The notes beneath the pieces were generated by a model. That model did not search any database and was not told the DNA's origin. It saw nothing but the letters and a program-made list of their open reading frames with translations. From Pseudomonadota bacterium (GTDB lineage: Bacteria; Pseudomonadota; Gammaproteobacteria; CALCKW01): a stretch of DNA of 64,000 nt. Below, one piece after another: positions 21,679-32,529 of the stretch; the stretch's first letter is position 1, and each line of letters opens with the position of its first letter. The position numbers and the translations under genes are program-made. The stretch spans positions 73,601-137,600 of the forward strand of contig JBCCUP010000002.1 in the NCBI GenBank assembly GCA_039196715.1, written 5' to 3'.

Positions 21679-23142
21679 GTGCAGTACAGTGACTTGCGGG
21701 ATTTCGTGACCCGACTCGAGTCGATGGGTGAGCTCAAGCGAACCCGCGTGGCCGTCAGCCCAGCGCTCGAGATGACCGAGATCTGCGACCGGGTGTTGCG
21801 CGCCGGCGGACCGGCGTTGCTGTTCGAGAACCCCGCCGGGTACGACATGCCGGTGCTGGGCAACCTGTTCGGCACACCCGAGCGGGTCGCCTACGGCATG
21901 GGCGAAGACTCGGTTGACGCCCTGCGCGAAGTCGGCAAGTTGCTCGCGTTCCTCAAGGAGCCCGACCCCCCCAAGGGCCTCAAGGACGCCTGGCAGACGC
22001 TGCCGATCTTCAAGAAGGTGCTCGACATGGCACCGAAGCGCGTGCGCAGCGCGCCCTGCCAGGCCGAGCAGTTCGTCGGCGCCGAGGTGGACCTGGGCCG
22101 CTACCCGATCCAGACCTGTTGGCCCGGTGACGCCGGCCCCTTGATTACCTGGGGCCTGGTGGTCACGCGGGGCCCGACGAAGTCCCGGCAGAACATGGGC
22201 ATCTACCGCCAACAGGTCATCGGGCCCAACCGGGTGATCATGCGCTGGCTGGCGCACCGCGGCGGGGCGCTCGATTTTGCCGACTGGCAGCGGCAGCACC
22301 CCGGCAAGCCCTTTCCGATTGCCGTCGTGCTCGGCGCGGACCCGGCGACCATCCTGGGCGCGGTCACGCCGGTGCCCGACAGCCTGGCTGAGCACGCCTT
22401 TGCCGGCCTGTTGCGGGGCGAGCGAACCAAGCTTGTCAAATGCATCGACTCCGATCTCGAGGTCCCCGCCAGCGCGGAGATTGTGCTCGAGGGCCACCTG
22501 ATGCCCGACGACGACGCAGACGAGGGCCCTTTTGGTGACCACACCGGCTACTACAACGAGGTCGACCGCTTCCCGGTGTTCACCATCAGCCGCATCACGC
22601 AGCGGGACAAGCCGATCTACCACTCGACCTACACCGGTCGGCCGCCCGACGAACCCGCCATCCTCGGTGTGGCCCTGAACGAAGTCTTCGTGCCGATCCT
22701 GCAGAAGCAGTTTCCGGAGATCGTCGACTTCTACCTGCCACCCGAGGGCTGCAGCTACCGCCTGGCGGTGGTGAGCATGAAGAAGGCCTACCCCGGCCAC
22801 GCCAAGCGCGTGATGATGGGCGTCTGGTCGTTCCTGCGTCAGTTCATGTACACGAAGTTCGTCGTCGTGGTCGACGACGATGTCGACGCGCGGGACTGGA
22901 AAGACGTGATCTGGGCGATGACCACCCGCGTCGACCCGAGCCGCGATGTGACGCTGATCGACAACACCCCGATCGACTACCTCGACTTCGCCTCGCCGGT
23001 GTCGGGCCTCGGCTCGAAGATGGGCATTGATGCCACGAACAAGTTGCCCGGTGAGACCACCCGCGAGTGGGGTGAGCCGATCCGCATGTCGGAGGCCGTG
23101 CGAAGCCGCGTCGATGAACTCTGGGACACCCTTGGCTTGTGA
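21679..23142 (+). CDS. ubiD: 4-hydroxy-3-polyprenylbenzoate decarboxylase UbiD
   Basis: [24 protein letters not shown]…[32 protein letters not shown]…, near-collinear with E. coli UbiD along 487 aa. Confidence 0.9.
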   Translation: MQYSDLRDFVTRLESMGELKRTRVAVSPALEMTEICDRVLRAGGPALLFENPAGYDMPVLGNLFGTPERVAYGMGEDSVDALREVGKLLAFLKEPDPPKGLKDAWQTLPIFKKVLDMAPKRVRSAPCQAEQFVGAEVDLGRYPIQTCWPGDAGPLITWGLVVTRGPTKSRQNMGIYRQQVIGPNRVIMRWLAHRGGALDFADWQRQHPGKPFPIAVVLGADPATILGAVTPVPDSLAEHAFAGLLRGERTKLVKCIDSDLEVPASAEIVLEGHLMPDDDADEGPFGDHTGYYNEVDRFPVFTISRITQRDKPIYHSTYTGRPPDEPAILGVALNEVFVPILQKQFPEIVDFYLPPEGCSYRLAVVSMKKAYPGHAKRVMMGVWSFLRQFMYTKFVVVVDDDVDARDWKDVIWAMTTRVDPSRDVTLIDNTPIDYLDFASPVSGLGSKMGIDATNKLPGETTREWGEPIRMSEAVRSRVDELWDTLGL

Positions 23143-23732
23143 CCACCGCTAGCGCCGCCTCGCCGTGCGTGTTGGGCGTGCACTGCGGCGCGGCTCGGCC
23201 GCTCCCGGTGGGTGGCCGACAGGTGCTCTCCAGCATCGCCAAGCAGCCGGTTGCCGGCCGTTGTGCGGTGCGGCGCCTCGGCCTCGAGGGCGATGAACAG
23301 GCCGACTTGAGTGTGCACGGGGGCCTGGAGAAGGCCGTTCATGCCTACCCGGTGGAGCACGCGCCGTTCTGGCAAGCCCTGCTTGGCGATCGCGGTGAGG
23401 TCGAACCGCTGAGGTCGGGCGGGCTCGGCGAGAATCTCAGCATTGCGGGGGTACTCGAGGCCGACATGTACGTCGGCGACACCTGGCAGTTTCCCGACTG
23501 CGTGTTGCGCGTGAGCCTGCCCCGCATTCCGTGCGCCAAACTGAACGCGGCACTGCGCCACCCCCGCGCCGCGCGTCACATGGCCGAGAGTGGGCGCTGT
23601 GGCACCTACCTCGCGGTGGTCACACCCGGTACGATCGAGGCCGGGGAGGCCTTCACGGTCGTGCCGGGGCCGCGCGATGTCACCCTGTTGAGTCTGTTCG
23701 GCGTCAGCCGCACCAAGACACGCCATGACTGA
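23139..23732 (+). CDS. MOSC domain-containing protein (YiiM-like)
   Basis: …[23 protein letters not shown]…[22 protein letters not shown]…RIPCAKL… MOSC beta-barrel motifs. 197 aa. The start overlaps the ubiD stop. Confidence 0.7.
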   Translation: MTTASAASPCVLGVHCGAARPLPVGGRQVLSSIAKQPVAGRCAVRRLGLEGDEQADLSVHGGLEKAVHAYPVEHAPFWQALLGDRGEVEPLRSGGLGENLSIAGVLEADMYVGDTWQFPDCVLRVSLPRIPCAKLNAALRHPRAARHMAESGRCGTYLAVVTPGTIEAGEAFTVVPGPRDVTLLSLFGVSRTKTRHD

Positions 23733-25086
23733 CGCGCCGAACCTCACCCGGGACCCGATCTCGTCGCTGATCTGGCGGGTGGCGGCGCCGGCGGCGGTGG
23801 GTAACCTCTTCAACGTGTTGTTCAACGTCGTCGACAGTTGGTACGCGGGGCAGCTTTCCACCGAGGCCCTGGCGGGGCTCTCGCTGTCGTTCCCGCTGTA
23901 TTTCGTCTTCATCGTGCTCGGCGCTGCGGTCGGTGCGGGCGGGGGCGCGTTGATCGGCAACGCGCTCGGCGCCGACGACCGGGCGGCCGCACGGGCGTGG
24001 TGTTACCAGCTCGTGGTGGTGGCATTGCTGTTCAGTGTCGTCATCGTCGTGCTCGGCCTGGTCGCAGTCGAGCCGGTGTTGCGGTTTCTCGGTGCAGACG
24101 GCGCCTACCTCGACGCTGCGGTCGACTACACACGCACGCTCTACCTCGGCGCCCCCTGCCTGTTGCTGCCGTTCGCAATCAACGCGGGGCTCACCGCACA
24201 GGGCCGTACCGCGGTCTTTCGCAACGTGCTGATCGCGGGCTTCTTTGCCAACCTGGTGCTGAACCCCTGGTTCATCTACGGCGGTTTCGGTGTCCCCGCG
24301 ATGGGCATCACCGGTATCGCGCTCGCGACACTCCTGGTGCAGGGCACCGGGGCGCTCTACCTCTGGTTTCACCTGCGCCGGACTGGTCTCGTTGACAGGG
24401 TTCTCTGCGACGCACTCAGGCCGCGTCCGGCACGGCTGGCCCGGCTGCTCGCGCAGGCCGCGCCGCTCGCGGCCAGCCTGAGTTCGATCGGGGCGTTCTT
24501 CTTTCTCGCCAACGCCTACATCAACGCGTTCGGCCCTGCAGCGGTCGCGGCGTACGGCATCGGCTTGCGCATCGAGCAACTCGTGCTGGTGCCGGTCATG
24601 GCAATCAACCAGGCGGCACTCGCGATGACGTCGAACAACGTTGGTGCCCGGCAGTACGCACGTGTCTACGCGGCGTGGACCGCCTGCATCCGCGCCGCGG
24701 CGATCCTGCTGGTCTTCGGGGGGGTGTTGATGGTGCTCTTCGGCGCGCTGGTGATGACGACCTTCTCCGACGATGCCACGGTGGTTGCGATCGGCGTCGG
24801 TTACCTTCGGATCGAGGCTTTCGCCCTGCCGGCGTACGCGCTGATCCACGTCAACGGCGGTGTGCTGCAGGGTGTCAAACGCCCACAGGCGGTGATGTGG
24901 GTCGGAGTGGCGCGCTCGTTGGTGCTGCCTGCGCTCTTGTTGCCGTTGCTGATCAGTTGGGCCGGCTTCGATGTCACTGCGATCTGGTGGATGATTCTCG
25001 TGCTCGCCTGGGCCAGTGGCCTGGTGCTGCACTGGCACACGCGCCGTGTGTTGCGCGTGTGCTGTGGTGGACCGACAGGCGGCTGA
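23725..25086 (+). CDS. MATE family efflux transporter
   Basis: 12-TM hydrophobic profile. The N-terminal motif RVAAPAAVGNLFNVLFNVVDSWYAGQLSTEALAGLSL is typical of MATE/NorM. 453 aa. Confidence 0.8.
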   Translation: MTDAPNLTRDPISSLIWRVAAPAAVGNLFNVLFNVVDSWYAGQLSTEALAGLSLSFPLYFVFIVLGAAVGAGGGALIGNALGADDRAAARAWCYQLVVVALLFSVVIVVLGLVAVEPVLRFLGADGAYLDAAVDYTRTLYLGAPCLLLPFAINAGLTAQGRTAVFRNVLIAGFFANLVLNPWFIYGGFGVPAMGITGIALATLLVQGTGALYLWFHLRRTGLVDRVLCDALRPRPARLARLLAQAAPLAASLSSIGAFFFLANAYINAFGPAAVAAYGIGLRIEQLVLVPVMAINQAALAMTSNNVGARQYARVYAAWTACIRAAAILLVFGGVLMVLFGALVMTTFSDDATVVAIGVGYLRIEAFALPAYALIHVNGGVLQGVKRPQAVMWVGVARSLVLPALLLPLLISWAGFDVTAIWWMILVLAWASGLVLHWHTRRVLRVCCGGPTGG

Positions 25087-25092
25087 TCGCGT

Positions 25093-26262
25093 TCAGTTCA
25101 GCGCCAGTTTCAGACCGCGCTCGAAGTGCGCGCTCGCCGTCTCCGCTTCGCCGTTCTGGCGCGCCACTTCCGCCAGGCCGGCCTGTGCCGCTGCGCTGTC
25201 GGCGATCGCTGCGGACTGCTCGAGGTAGCTCTTGGCCTTGCCCCAGAGTTCCTGACGCAGGCAGATCTGGCCGGCCGCGGCGAGCAGGCTGGCGCTGTTC
25301 TCGTTGGACTTGAGCAGCGACTCGACCCGGCTGAGCTGGCGGGCACCGTCCTGGCTCGCGATGCTGCCGTAGAGTTGCGCCAGGTTGTCCGACAGGGCGC
25401 GGCCGAGGCTGTCACCGACGACACGCTCGGCGCTGCCGAGGTCGTTCATCGCGAGCAGCCGACGGGCGTAGCGTTCGATCACCGCTGCGTTGTCACGGGT
25501 CGACGCCGGCAGCGCTTTCCAGATTTTTGCGACCCCGGTGTCGTCGCAGTCAGCCAACACCGCCGAGGCCGTCTCCACCTCGAGCGCGTCGAGTTCGGCG
25601 TCGGGCAGGGCATTGCGCTTGCGCAGTTCGCCGAGCTGGTCAATCAGATCGTCGTAGCGCCCCGCGCGGCGCAATGCGCGCGCGCGCAGGCCCTGGACGA
25701 CGGCACTGCGCGGGTCGTGGCCGCGCAGCCGTTCCAGCGTGTCGAGCGCGCTTTCGTAGTCGTCGCCCGCCAGCTGCATCCTGGCTTGCAGGATGTGCAA
25801 TGCGTTCTTGGCGTTCGGGTTTTGTGTGATCGCCCGCTTGAGGTAGGCGTCGCGTTGTTCGCTGTTGCCCGCGGCGTTGGCGGCCTCGGCGGCGGCCATG
25901 TAGTGCAGCGTCGCCTGGGGCCCGGCTGGCACATCCTTGGCCAGCACCCGTTCGGCGCGGGCGAAGCGACCTTCGGCGAGGTCAATGTTGCCCTCGGACA
26001 GGCGCGTGAGCGCGGCGTCGGCCTGGCGTCGGTTGAGAATCTTGCCGAAGCGCGCTGGCGCGTTGAACAACCAGCCCAGCAGCCGCACCAGCACGTAGAG
26101 CGCGATGAAACCGACCAGCGCAGCCAGAGCGACGATGGCGAGTGGCCCCTCGTAGGACGCGCCCATGAACTGCGCGCTGACGAAACCGGCGTCCTGCTGC
26201 AGGAACACCGCCGCCGCAATGACGATGGCGACGATGACCGCCGTGATCAGAATGGCCCTCAT
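25093..26262 (-). CDS. hemY: Heme biosynthesis-associated TPR protein HemY
   Basis: N-terminal double TM segment then TPR-like repeats. Overall architecture and position downstream of hemX match E. coli HemY. ATG at 26262 overlaps the hemX stop. Confidence 0.75.
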   Translation of the reverse strand: MRAILITAVIVAIVIAAAVFLQQDAGFVSAQFMGASYEGPLAIVALAALVGFIALYVLVRLLGWLFNAPARFGKILNRRQADAALTRLSEGNIDLAEGRFARAERVLAKDVPAGPQATLHYMAAAEAANAAGNSEQRDAYLKRAITQNPNAKNALHILQARMQLAGDDYESALDTLERLRGHDPRSAVVQGLRARALRRAGRYDDLIDQLGELRKRNALPDAELDALEVETASAVLADCDDTGVAKIWKALPASTRDNAAVIERYARRLLAMNDLGSAERVVGDSLGRALSDNLAQLYGSIASQDGARQLSRVESLLKSNENSASLLAAAGQICLRQELWGKAKSYLEQSAAIADSAAAQAGLAEVARQNGEAETASAHFERGLKLALN

Positions 26263-27680
26263 GATTGGTCCCCGATTTTCTTGTTGGTTTCAACCAGCAA
26301 CCGCAGCGCACTGCCCAGTTGCTCGGCGCGCGGCACCACACTGACTTCGGCCAGCAGGTCGAGTTGTGAGATGAACGCCTGGGTGTCGGCCTGCGCCGGG
26401 TCGAACAGCGATGTGACGCGGGTGCGGGCGTTGTCCATGTGGGTGTCAAACCCCTCTTGATCGCGGCGCATGGCGGAGAGCTGTGCCGCCTGCAGGTTCA
26501 AACGCACGAGCTCGGCGTTGGTGCTCTCTTCTTCGGTGGCTTTGAAGATGCCTTCGCCACCCTCGCCGTACTGCTGACCGCCCGAGGTTCGGATGCTGAC
26601 GTTCTGGCGCAGGCTGGCGAGCAGGCTGGACGCGAGCTTGCCGATGCCGCTGTCAGCCGTCTCGGCAGCGGGTGACTGGGCTGCGCTGACGGCCGGTTGT
26701 GCGGTGTCGGGCGCTGGCTCGCTGCCGGCCATGCGCAAGGCGCCGGCCGAGCGCGACAGGGCGCGGATGTCGACGATCAGTTGCTCGATGTCGGGCTGGT
26801 CGGCGCTGCGCAACTCGGTGATCTCCGCGCTGATCGCGCGTTGCACGGGCAGGTACTCGACCTCGGCCAGCACCTTGAGTTGCGCCTTGGCGGCTTTGAG
26901 CGCTTCCACCGCCGAATTGGTGTCGCCGGCGAGCACAACGCGGTGTACCGAGGTTCGTAGCAGGTATTCGACCTCGCTGAGCAACCAGGCCCGTTGGCTG
27001 CGGTTGATCTTCATCTGCGTGGCTTGCAGGCTGTCGTTGAGCTCGCCGGTGCGCGTCTCAACCAGGCCGGTGAGCTCATCACTGCGCGCTTCAACCAGCC
27101 CAGCGATCTCGGTGCTGCGCATGTCGAGGCGGCTGTCGAGTTCGGCGGTGCGGGTCTCGAGCGTGGCGTTCAGCTCGTCGGACCGGGCTTGCAATGAATC
27201 GCCCAGTGCCTGGTTGCTTGATTCGATCGACTGCGTCAGTGTTTCGGTCGCTTCAGACAGGGCGTCGCGCGTGGCTTGCACGTCAGAGCGCGTTTCGTCG
27301 AGAGCGGTGCCGAGGTCGCCGGTGCGGGATTCGAGTTCCGCCGCGCGATTATCAAGCGCGGAACCGGCGGCCTCGAGCGTCGCCGCACGCGAGGCGATGG
27401 TGTCGAGTTCGGCTTTCAACGTGTCACCGAGGCCGGACACGCTGCTGTTGGTCTCCGCGCGGGCGGCCTCGAGCTGGGCGCCGAGGTCCGATTGCACCGC
27501 ACCGAGTCGCGCGGACAAGCTGCTGTGGGAGTACCACGCCCCGCCGATACCGGCCAGAGCCAGTGCGAACGCAACCAGGGTCAATCCGTTGCCCGACGCT
27601 TTCTGCGCGTCGGGTTGCGACGGCGTGCCCGCGGAATCCCCCGAGGCGGCCGTCGGCGGTGCTGTGTGTTTGCTCTTCAT
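26259..27680 (-). CDS. hemX: HemX (putative uroporphyrinogen-III C-methyltransferase / heme regulator)
   Basis: Single N-terminal TM segment, long Q/A/E/L coiled region, conserved …RSQRAWLLSEVEYLLRTSV… block as in E. coli HemX. Sits in a hemC-D-X-Y operon. Confidence 0.7.
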   Translation of the reverse strand: MKSKHTAPPTAASGDSAGTPSQPDAQKASGNGLTLVAFALALAGIGGAWYSHSSLSARLGAVQSDLGAQLEAARAETNSSVSGLGDTLKAELDTIASRAATLEAAGSALDNRAAELESRTGDLGTALDETRSDVQATRDALSEATETLTQSIESSNQALGDSLQARSDELNATLETRTAELDSRLDMRSTEIAGLVEARSDELTGLVETRTGELNDSLQATQMKINRSQRAWLLSEVEYLLRTSVHRVVLAGDTNSAVEALKAAKAQLKVLAEVEYLPVQRAISAEITELRSADQPDIEQLIVDIRALSRSAGALRMAGSEPAPDTAQPAVSAAQSPAAETADSGIGKLASSLLASLRQNVSIRTSGGQQYGEGGEGIFKATEEESTNAELVRLNLQAAQLSAMRRDQEGFDTHMDNARTRVTSLFDPAQADTQAFISQLDLLAEVSVVPRAEQLGSALRLLVETNKKIGDQS

Positions 27681-28450
27681 TGTGTCGTTGTCTCTGGAAT
27701 GGCCAGTCGGGCCAGTGCGGCCAATTGCCCGTCGTCACCCGCTGGGTGGGCGACCTGAATCCGTGCGCTGAATCCGAGCGTTTCAGCATGTCGCTTGCCG
27801 CGTTCACTGTTGACGATCAACGCTGTTGTGAACAACCGATCGCGCATTGGTGCGGGCGTAATTGTAACAAGGTTGTCGAGCGCCTCGTTACTGCCCACTT
27901 GAATCACGTCTGCACAAAAGTGCTGATTTTGCGTGTGTTTTGTTTCTGAATCAGCTGTGGGGCGTCGTTTGTACACCACGCGTTCGTCGACCTCGGCACC
28001 GCGCGCGCGGAGCTGGTCAGCGAGCAGCGAGCGGCCCCCTGCGCCTTTGAAAACGCACACGCGTTTGCCAGCCACGGCCGCGAAAACCGCGTGGTTCAGC
28101 AGGGACTCGGAGCGAAAATCGCCGTCGGGCGGTGTGTGTGCTCGCACCCCGTGGGTGTGCAGTGCCCAGGCCGTCGCCGCGCCGATGGCAAACACCGACG
28201 ACACGCCGTCGAGTTGCCGTGTCAGTGGTTCGGGGCCCGCGGCCATGTGCACGGCGTTGGTGCTGACGAAGATTGCGATGTCGCAAGCGCGCTCGTCGGT
28301 GCCGGTGTCGGTCGACATCGGCGCGGCGTCGACGGCCTCGATGGCGAGCGTGGGGCAGGGCAGCGGCAGGTGACCGGCCAGGCGCAGGCGGGTGATCATC
28401 GCGTCGGCCTGGTGCGCCGGTCGGGTGACGAGCACCCGCAGGGACTGCAT
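27677..28450 (-). CDS. hemD: Uroporphyrinogen-III synthase HemD
   Basis: Internal Met of ORF 27677..29329: [27 protein letters not shown]… (257 aa). The ATG at 28450 shares 1 nt with the hemC TGA. Upstream ORF sequence is an R-rich read-through on the hemC opposite frame. Confidence 0.75.
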   Translation of the reverse strand: MQSLRVLVTRPAHQADAMITRLRLAGHLPLPCPTLAIEAVDAAPMSTDTGTDERACDIAIFVSTNAVHMAAGPEPLTRQLDGVSSVFAIGAATAWALHTHGVRAHTPPDGDFRSESLLNHAVFAAVAGKRVCVFKGAGGRSLLADQLRARGAEVDERVVYKRRPTADSETKHTQNQHFCADVIQVGSNEALDNLVTITPAPMRDRLFTTALIVNSERGKRHAETLGFSARIQVAHPAGDDGQLAALARLAIPETTTQ

Positions 28451-29400
28451 CACCCCGGCCCGTGGCGTCCGGGTTGCAAGCCGAGCTCGCGCAAGACCAC
28501 GTCGGCGCCGTCGGCGAGCAGGGTCTCGGCGACGGACCGTCCGAGTTGGTCGGCCTGTTCGCGCGGTGCGCGCGAAGCGGCTGCGAAGTGGGGCCCGCCC
28601 GCCGGGTGTGACACCTGCGCGCGCAGGTGGATCTCGCCGCCCTGGAGCGTGGCAAAGCTCGCGATCGGTACCTGGCAGCCACCGTCCAGACGGCGGTTCA
28701 TCGCCCGCTCTGCCGCGAGGCAGGTGGCGGTGTCGGGGCAGTGCAGCGGTGCGAGCAGGGCGTTGATGCGGGCATTGTCGAGCCGGCATTCCACGCCGAT
28801 TGCGCCCTGGCCAACGGCGGGCAAGGACACCTCCGGTGCGAGCCGCTCGCGGATGCGCTCGGCCAGCCCGAGCCGGTCGAGCCCGGCGCACGCGAGGATG
28901 ATCGCATCGAAGTCGCCGGCGTCGAGCTTTGCGAGGCGGGTGTTGACGCTGCCTCGCAACATGGCGATCTCGAGGTCGGGACGCGCCATGCGCACGGCCC
29001 CTTCGCGCCGCAGGCTGCTCGTGCCGACGCGCGCGCCCTCGGGCAAGGCGGCGAGCGATGCGTGTGACGGGCTGACCAGTGCGTCGCGGGGGTCTTCGCG
29101 CTCGAGGATGCAGGCGATGTGAAAGCCCTCGGGCAGCACCACGGGCACGTCCTTCATCGAGTGCACAGCGATGTCGGCGCGCGCCTCCTGCATCGCCACC
29201 TCGAGCTCCTTGACGAACAGGCCCTTGCCACCGATTTTCGCCAGCGGGCTGTCGAGCAGTTTGTCGCCCTGGGTCACGAAAGGCACCAGCTCGACGGCGA
29301 GCGTCGGGTGCGCGGCACGCAACAGACACGCCACACGCTCGGCCTGCCAGAGGGCGAGTGGGCTTTTACGCGTGGCAATACGCAGGGTGTCGGCGGTCAT
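28450..29400 (-). CDS. hemC: Porphobilinogen deaminase (hydroxymethylbilane synthase) HemC
   Basis: [23 protein letters not shown]…[15 protein letters not shown]…HSMKDVP… classic HemC. Start at the internal ATG at 29400 of ORF 28450..29433. Confidence 0.9.
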   Translation of the reverse strand: MTADTLRIATRKSPLALWQAERVACLLRAAHPTLAVELVPFVTQGDKLLDSPLAKIGGKGLFVKELEVAMQEARADIAVHSMKDVPVVLPEGFHIACILEREDPRDALVSPSHASLAALPEGARVGTSSLRREGAVRMARPDLEIAMLRGSVNTRLAKLDAGDFDAIILACAGLDRLGLAERIRERLAPEVSLPAVGQGAIGVECRLDNARINALLAPLHCPDTATCLAAERAMNRRLDGGCQVPIASFATLQGGEIHLRAQVSHPAGGPHFAAASRAPREQADQLGRSVAETLLADGADVVLRELGLQPGRHGPG

Positions 29401-29587
29401 GGGTGGCCCGTGCGCTGGTCGATTGAGCGGCACCGTACGGCGGTGCGTGGCGGGCGCTCAGGGCGCCCCGCCGTGGCTGTGCTTTGTATCAAACCTGCCC
29501 TGTCAAAGCGATGTTTTTCCGGCCGGCGTGCGCTGTGTGTACCAAGGTGGCGGTGTACACTTCTCCTACTGACCTGGAGACCTTCCG

Positions 29588-29758
29588 ATGCGCACCACCG
29601 TGCTCGCCGCCGCGGCCTGCGTCGCCGTGTTGAGCGGCTGCGGCAACAAGGGCGACCTCTACCTGCCCGGCGAGGCTGCGACTGCGTTGCCGGGTGCGGT
29701 GGTCACCGACTCGTCCGAGGACGACCCGAACCGCAAGCCCGATGAGGACCAACCGTGA
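29588..29758 (+). CDS. lptM: LPS-assembly lipoprotein LptM (YifL), 56 aa, absent from the ORF track
   Basis: MRTTVLAAAACVAVLSGCGNKGDLYLPGEAATALPG…: lipobox LSGC followed by the LptM signature G.KG.LYLP. It precedes lysA-dapF-yigA-xerC exactly as yifL does in E. coli. Its stop overlaps the lysA GTG. Confidence 0.6.
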   Translation: MRTTVLAAAACVAVLSGCGNKGDLYLPGEAATALPGAVVTDSSEDDPNRKPDEDQP

Positions 29759-31002
29759 CCCCGTTTGAACGCCGTGATGGCGTACTGCACGCCGAGGGCC
29801 ATGCCCTGCCCGAGCTTGCCGAGCGTTTCGGCACGCCGCTGTACATTTATTCGCGTGCCGCAATCGAGTCGGCCTGGCACGCCTTCGATCAGGCACTCGC
29901 GCCCTGGCCGCACCGCGTGTGCTTTGCGGTCAAGTCCAACAGCAACCTCGGTGTGCTGAGCGTGTTGGCAAAGCTCGGTTCGGGTTTCGATATCGTCTCG
30001 GTCGGCGAGCTCGAGCGCGTGCTGGCCGCCGGCGGTGACGCGAACCGGGTGGTCTTCTCGGGCGTCGGCAAGCGCGTAGACGAGCTCGAGCGCGCGCTCG
30101 AGGTCGGCATCCACAGTTTCAACGTCGAGTCGCTCAGCGAGATCGACACGCTGGCCGAGGTGGCCCGGGCCCACGGCGCCCGAGCGGCGGTGTCGCTGCG
30201 GATCAACCCCGACGTCGATGCGCACACGCACCCCTACATCTCCACCGGACTCAAGGAAAACAAGTTCGGCATCGCGCACGACATCGCGCTCGACGCCTAC
30301 CGGCAGGCGGCGTCGCACGCGGCACTCGACGTGATCGGCATCGATTGCCACATCGGCTCCCAGTTGACCGAGGTGCAGCCCTTTGTCGACGCGGCGGATC
30401 GACTGCTCGGCCTGATCGATCAACTCGCAGATGACGGCATCGCGATTCGCGAGCTCGACCTCGGCGGTGGGCAGGGCGTGGTCTACCGCGACGAACAGCA
30501 GCTCGATTTACAGGCCTGGCAGGCAGCCATGTCAAGGTTGCTCGACGGCCGCGACCTCACGGTGGTTGTCGAGCCCGGCCGGGCGATCGTCGCGAACGCG
30601 GGGCTTCTGTTGACGCGCGTGAACGTCACCAAGGAAAACGGCGGTCGCCATTTCGCCGTGGTCGACGCGGCGATGAACGATCTGATCCGCCCCGCGCTTT
30701 ACCAGGCCTGGCAGAACATCGAGGCGGTGGAGACACGCAATGTGCCGGAGCACACCTGGGACATTGTCGGCCCGGTGTGTGAATCGGCCGACTTCCTCGG
30801 CAAGGAGCGGCCGCTGTCGATCGACGAAGGCCACCTGCTGGCGGTGCACTCGGCCGGGGCCTACTGCGCGGTGATGTCGTCCAATTACAACACCCGTCCT
30901 CGTTCGGCCGAGGTGCTGGTCGACGGTGACACCGCGCACCTCGTGCGCCGCCGCGAGACGGTGGCGGACCTGTTCGCCGGCGAGTCGGCGGTGGTCGACT
31001 GA
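29755..31002 (+). CDS. lysA: Diaminopimelate decarboxylase LysA (GTG start)
   Basis: …CFAVKSNSNLGVLSVLAKLGSGFDIVSVGEL… PLP-binding lysine motif (AVKSN), …GGGQGVVY…, C-terminal EPGRAIVANAG. 415 aa. Confidence 0.9.
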   Translation: MTPFERRDGVLHAEGHALPELAERFGTPLYIYSRAAIESAWHAFDQALAPWPHRVCFAVKSNSNLGVLSVLAKLGSGFDIVSVGELERVLAAGGDANRVVFSGVGKRVDELERALEVGIHSFNVESLSEIDTLAEVARAHGARAAVSLRINPDVDAHTHPYISTGLKENKFGIAHDIALDAYRQAASHAALDVIGIDCHIGSQLTEVQPFVDAADRLLGLIDQLADDGIAIRELDLGGGQGVVYRDEQQLDLQAWQAAMSRLLDGRDLTVVVEPGRAIVANAGLLLTRVNVTKENGGRHFAVVDAAMNDLIRPALYQAWQNIEAVETRNVPEHTWDIVGPVCESADFLGKERPLSIDEGHLLAVHSAGAYCAVMSSNYNTRPRSAEVLVDGDTAHLVRRRETVADLFAGESAVVD

Positions 31003-31003
31003 G

Positions 31004-31834
31004 ATGCGTCTCGACTTCGCCAAAATGCACGGCCTCGGCAACGACTTCATGGTGATCGATGCGACGGCACAGGCCTTTGCACTCGGCACAGACCAGATTC
31101 GCGCGCTGTCGGACCGCCGAACCGGTGTGGGCTTTGATCAACTGCTGGTGGTCGAGCCGCCGAGCCGGGACGGGGTCGAGTTCGACTACCGCATCTTCAA
31201 CGCCGATGGCCTCGAGGTCGAGCAGTGCGGCAACGGCGCACGGTGCTTTGCCGTGTTCGTGACCGACCGCGGCCTGACCGACAGTGCCCGCATCCCGGTG
31301 CACACGTCCGGTGGCACCATCACCCTCGAGCGCCTCGGCGACGGTCGGGTGGTGGTCGACATGGGCGTGCCGGACTTCAGCCCAGGCGCGCTGCCGTTCC
31401 GTCGGGAGTTGCAATCGGAGGCGTATACGCTAGACATTGACGGGGAGTCGATCGAATTCGGCGCGGTGTCAGTGGGCAACCCGCACGCCGTGATTCGCGT
31501 GCCGAAAGTGGTCTCGGCACCCGTTATCACGCAGGGGCCGAAGGTCGAGCACCACGCGGATTTCCCGCGTCGGGTCAACGTCGGGTTCCTGCAGATCGAC
31601 GGGCGCGACCGCGCAGCGCTGCGGGTCTGGGAACGCGGCGTGGGCGAGACGCGCGCCTGCGGCACCGGGGCCTGTGCGGCAATGGTGGTCGCGCGCGCGC
31701 GGGGTTGGGTCGACGACGACGTCACGGTCAGCCTGCCGGGCGGGGATCTGCAGATCCGCTGGGCGGGCGAGGGCACCCCGGTCACGCTGACAGGACCGGC
31801 CAGCTTTGTATTCAACGGACATGTAGAGGCATGA
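31004..31834 (+). CDS. dapF: Diaminopimelate epimerase DapF
   Basis: MRLDFAKMHGLGNDFMVID…EQCGNGARCFA…ETRACGTGACA… two active-site Cys motifs. ATG 1 nt after the lysA stop. Confidence 0.9.
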   Translation: MRLDFAKMHGLGNDFMVIDATAQAFALGTDQIRALSDRRTGVGFDQLLVVEPPSRDGVEFDYRIFNADGLEVEQCGNGARCFAVFVTDRGLTDSARIPVHTSGGTITLERLGDGRVVVDMGVPDFSPGALPFRRELQSEAYTLDIDGESIEFGAVSVGNPHAVIRVPKVVSAPVITQGPKVEHHADFPRRVNVGFLQIDGRDRAALRVWERGVGETRACGTGACAAMVVARARGWVDDDVTVSLPGGDLQIRWAGEGTPVTLTGPASFVFNGHVEA

Positions 31835-32529
31835 GCGAATTGGACGCAGTCGACACCCTGGAGCGTCTGGACGACGAGACGGTACTGCAGTTTCTCGCCG
31901 ATCACCCCGACTTCTTCATGCGGCACCCCGGCGCCGCAACCGGCCTGAACCTCGCCCACGACAGCGGCGCGGCGGTGTCGCTGGTCGAACGGCAGGTGGC
32001 CACCCTGCGCGAAGGCAACCGCCGCATGCGCTCGCAGGTGGACGACATGATTTCGGCCGCGCGCCACAACCAGACGCTCAGCGAGGGCGTGCACGCGCTG
32101 GCGCAGGCGCTGCTCGCGAGCGACTCGGCCACCGAGATGGCCGCGGCGACCGAAACCACGTTGTTGCGCGTCGCGAGTGCCGATCGGGTGGCGATCGTGC
32201 TCAGCCACGACGCCGCGGACGCATCGGCGCCGGGTGACGTGCTGCGGCACGTCGCGCCGTCCGAGCGCGCGTGGGACGCGTTCAGCGCGCAGCGCGACGA
32301 CGACCTGATCCGCTGCGGGCTGGCCAGCGAGGGCCAGCTCACCTTCCTGTTCGGCGATGCCGACGCGGTCGGCAGCTCGGCGATTGCGCCCTTGCGCACC
32401 GACCGCTGGCTCGGGGTGTTGGCGCTCGCCGCGCAGGACCCGACCGTGTTCACGCGCGACCAGGGCCACCTCTTTCTGCAGCAGGTTGCGGACCTCGTTG
32501 GCGCTGCGTTCGGTCGCACGGTGTCATGA
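31831..32529 (+). CDS. DUF484 family protein (YigA homologue)
   Basis: MSELDAVDTLERLDDETVLQFLADHPDFFMRHP…GNRRMRSQVDDMISAARHNQ… GAF-like DUF484. The ATG overlaps the dapF stop (ATGA). Conserved dapF-yigA-xerC linkage. Confidence 0.75.
   Translation: MSELDAVDTLERLDDETVLQFLADHPDFFMRHPGAATGLNLAHDSGAAVSLVERQVATLREGNRRMRSQVDDMISAARHNQTLSEGVHALAQALLASDSATEMAAATETTLLRVASADRVAIVLSHDAADASAPGDVLRHVAPSERAWDAFSAQRDDDLIRCGLASEGQLTFLFGDADAVGSSAIAPLRTDRWLGVLALAAQDPTVFTRDQGHLFLQQVADLVGAAFGRTVS

Noticed and set aside
27677-29329. 550-aa ORF spanning hemD and overlapping hemC.
   Set aside because: Only the last 257 codons (from [11 protein letters not shown]) resemble HemD. The remainder is an R-rich read-through in the alternate frame of hemC.
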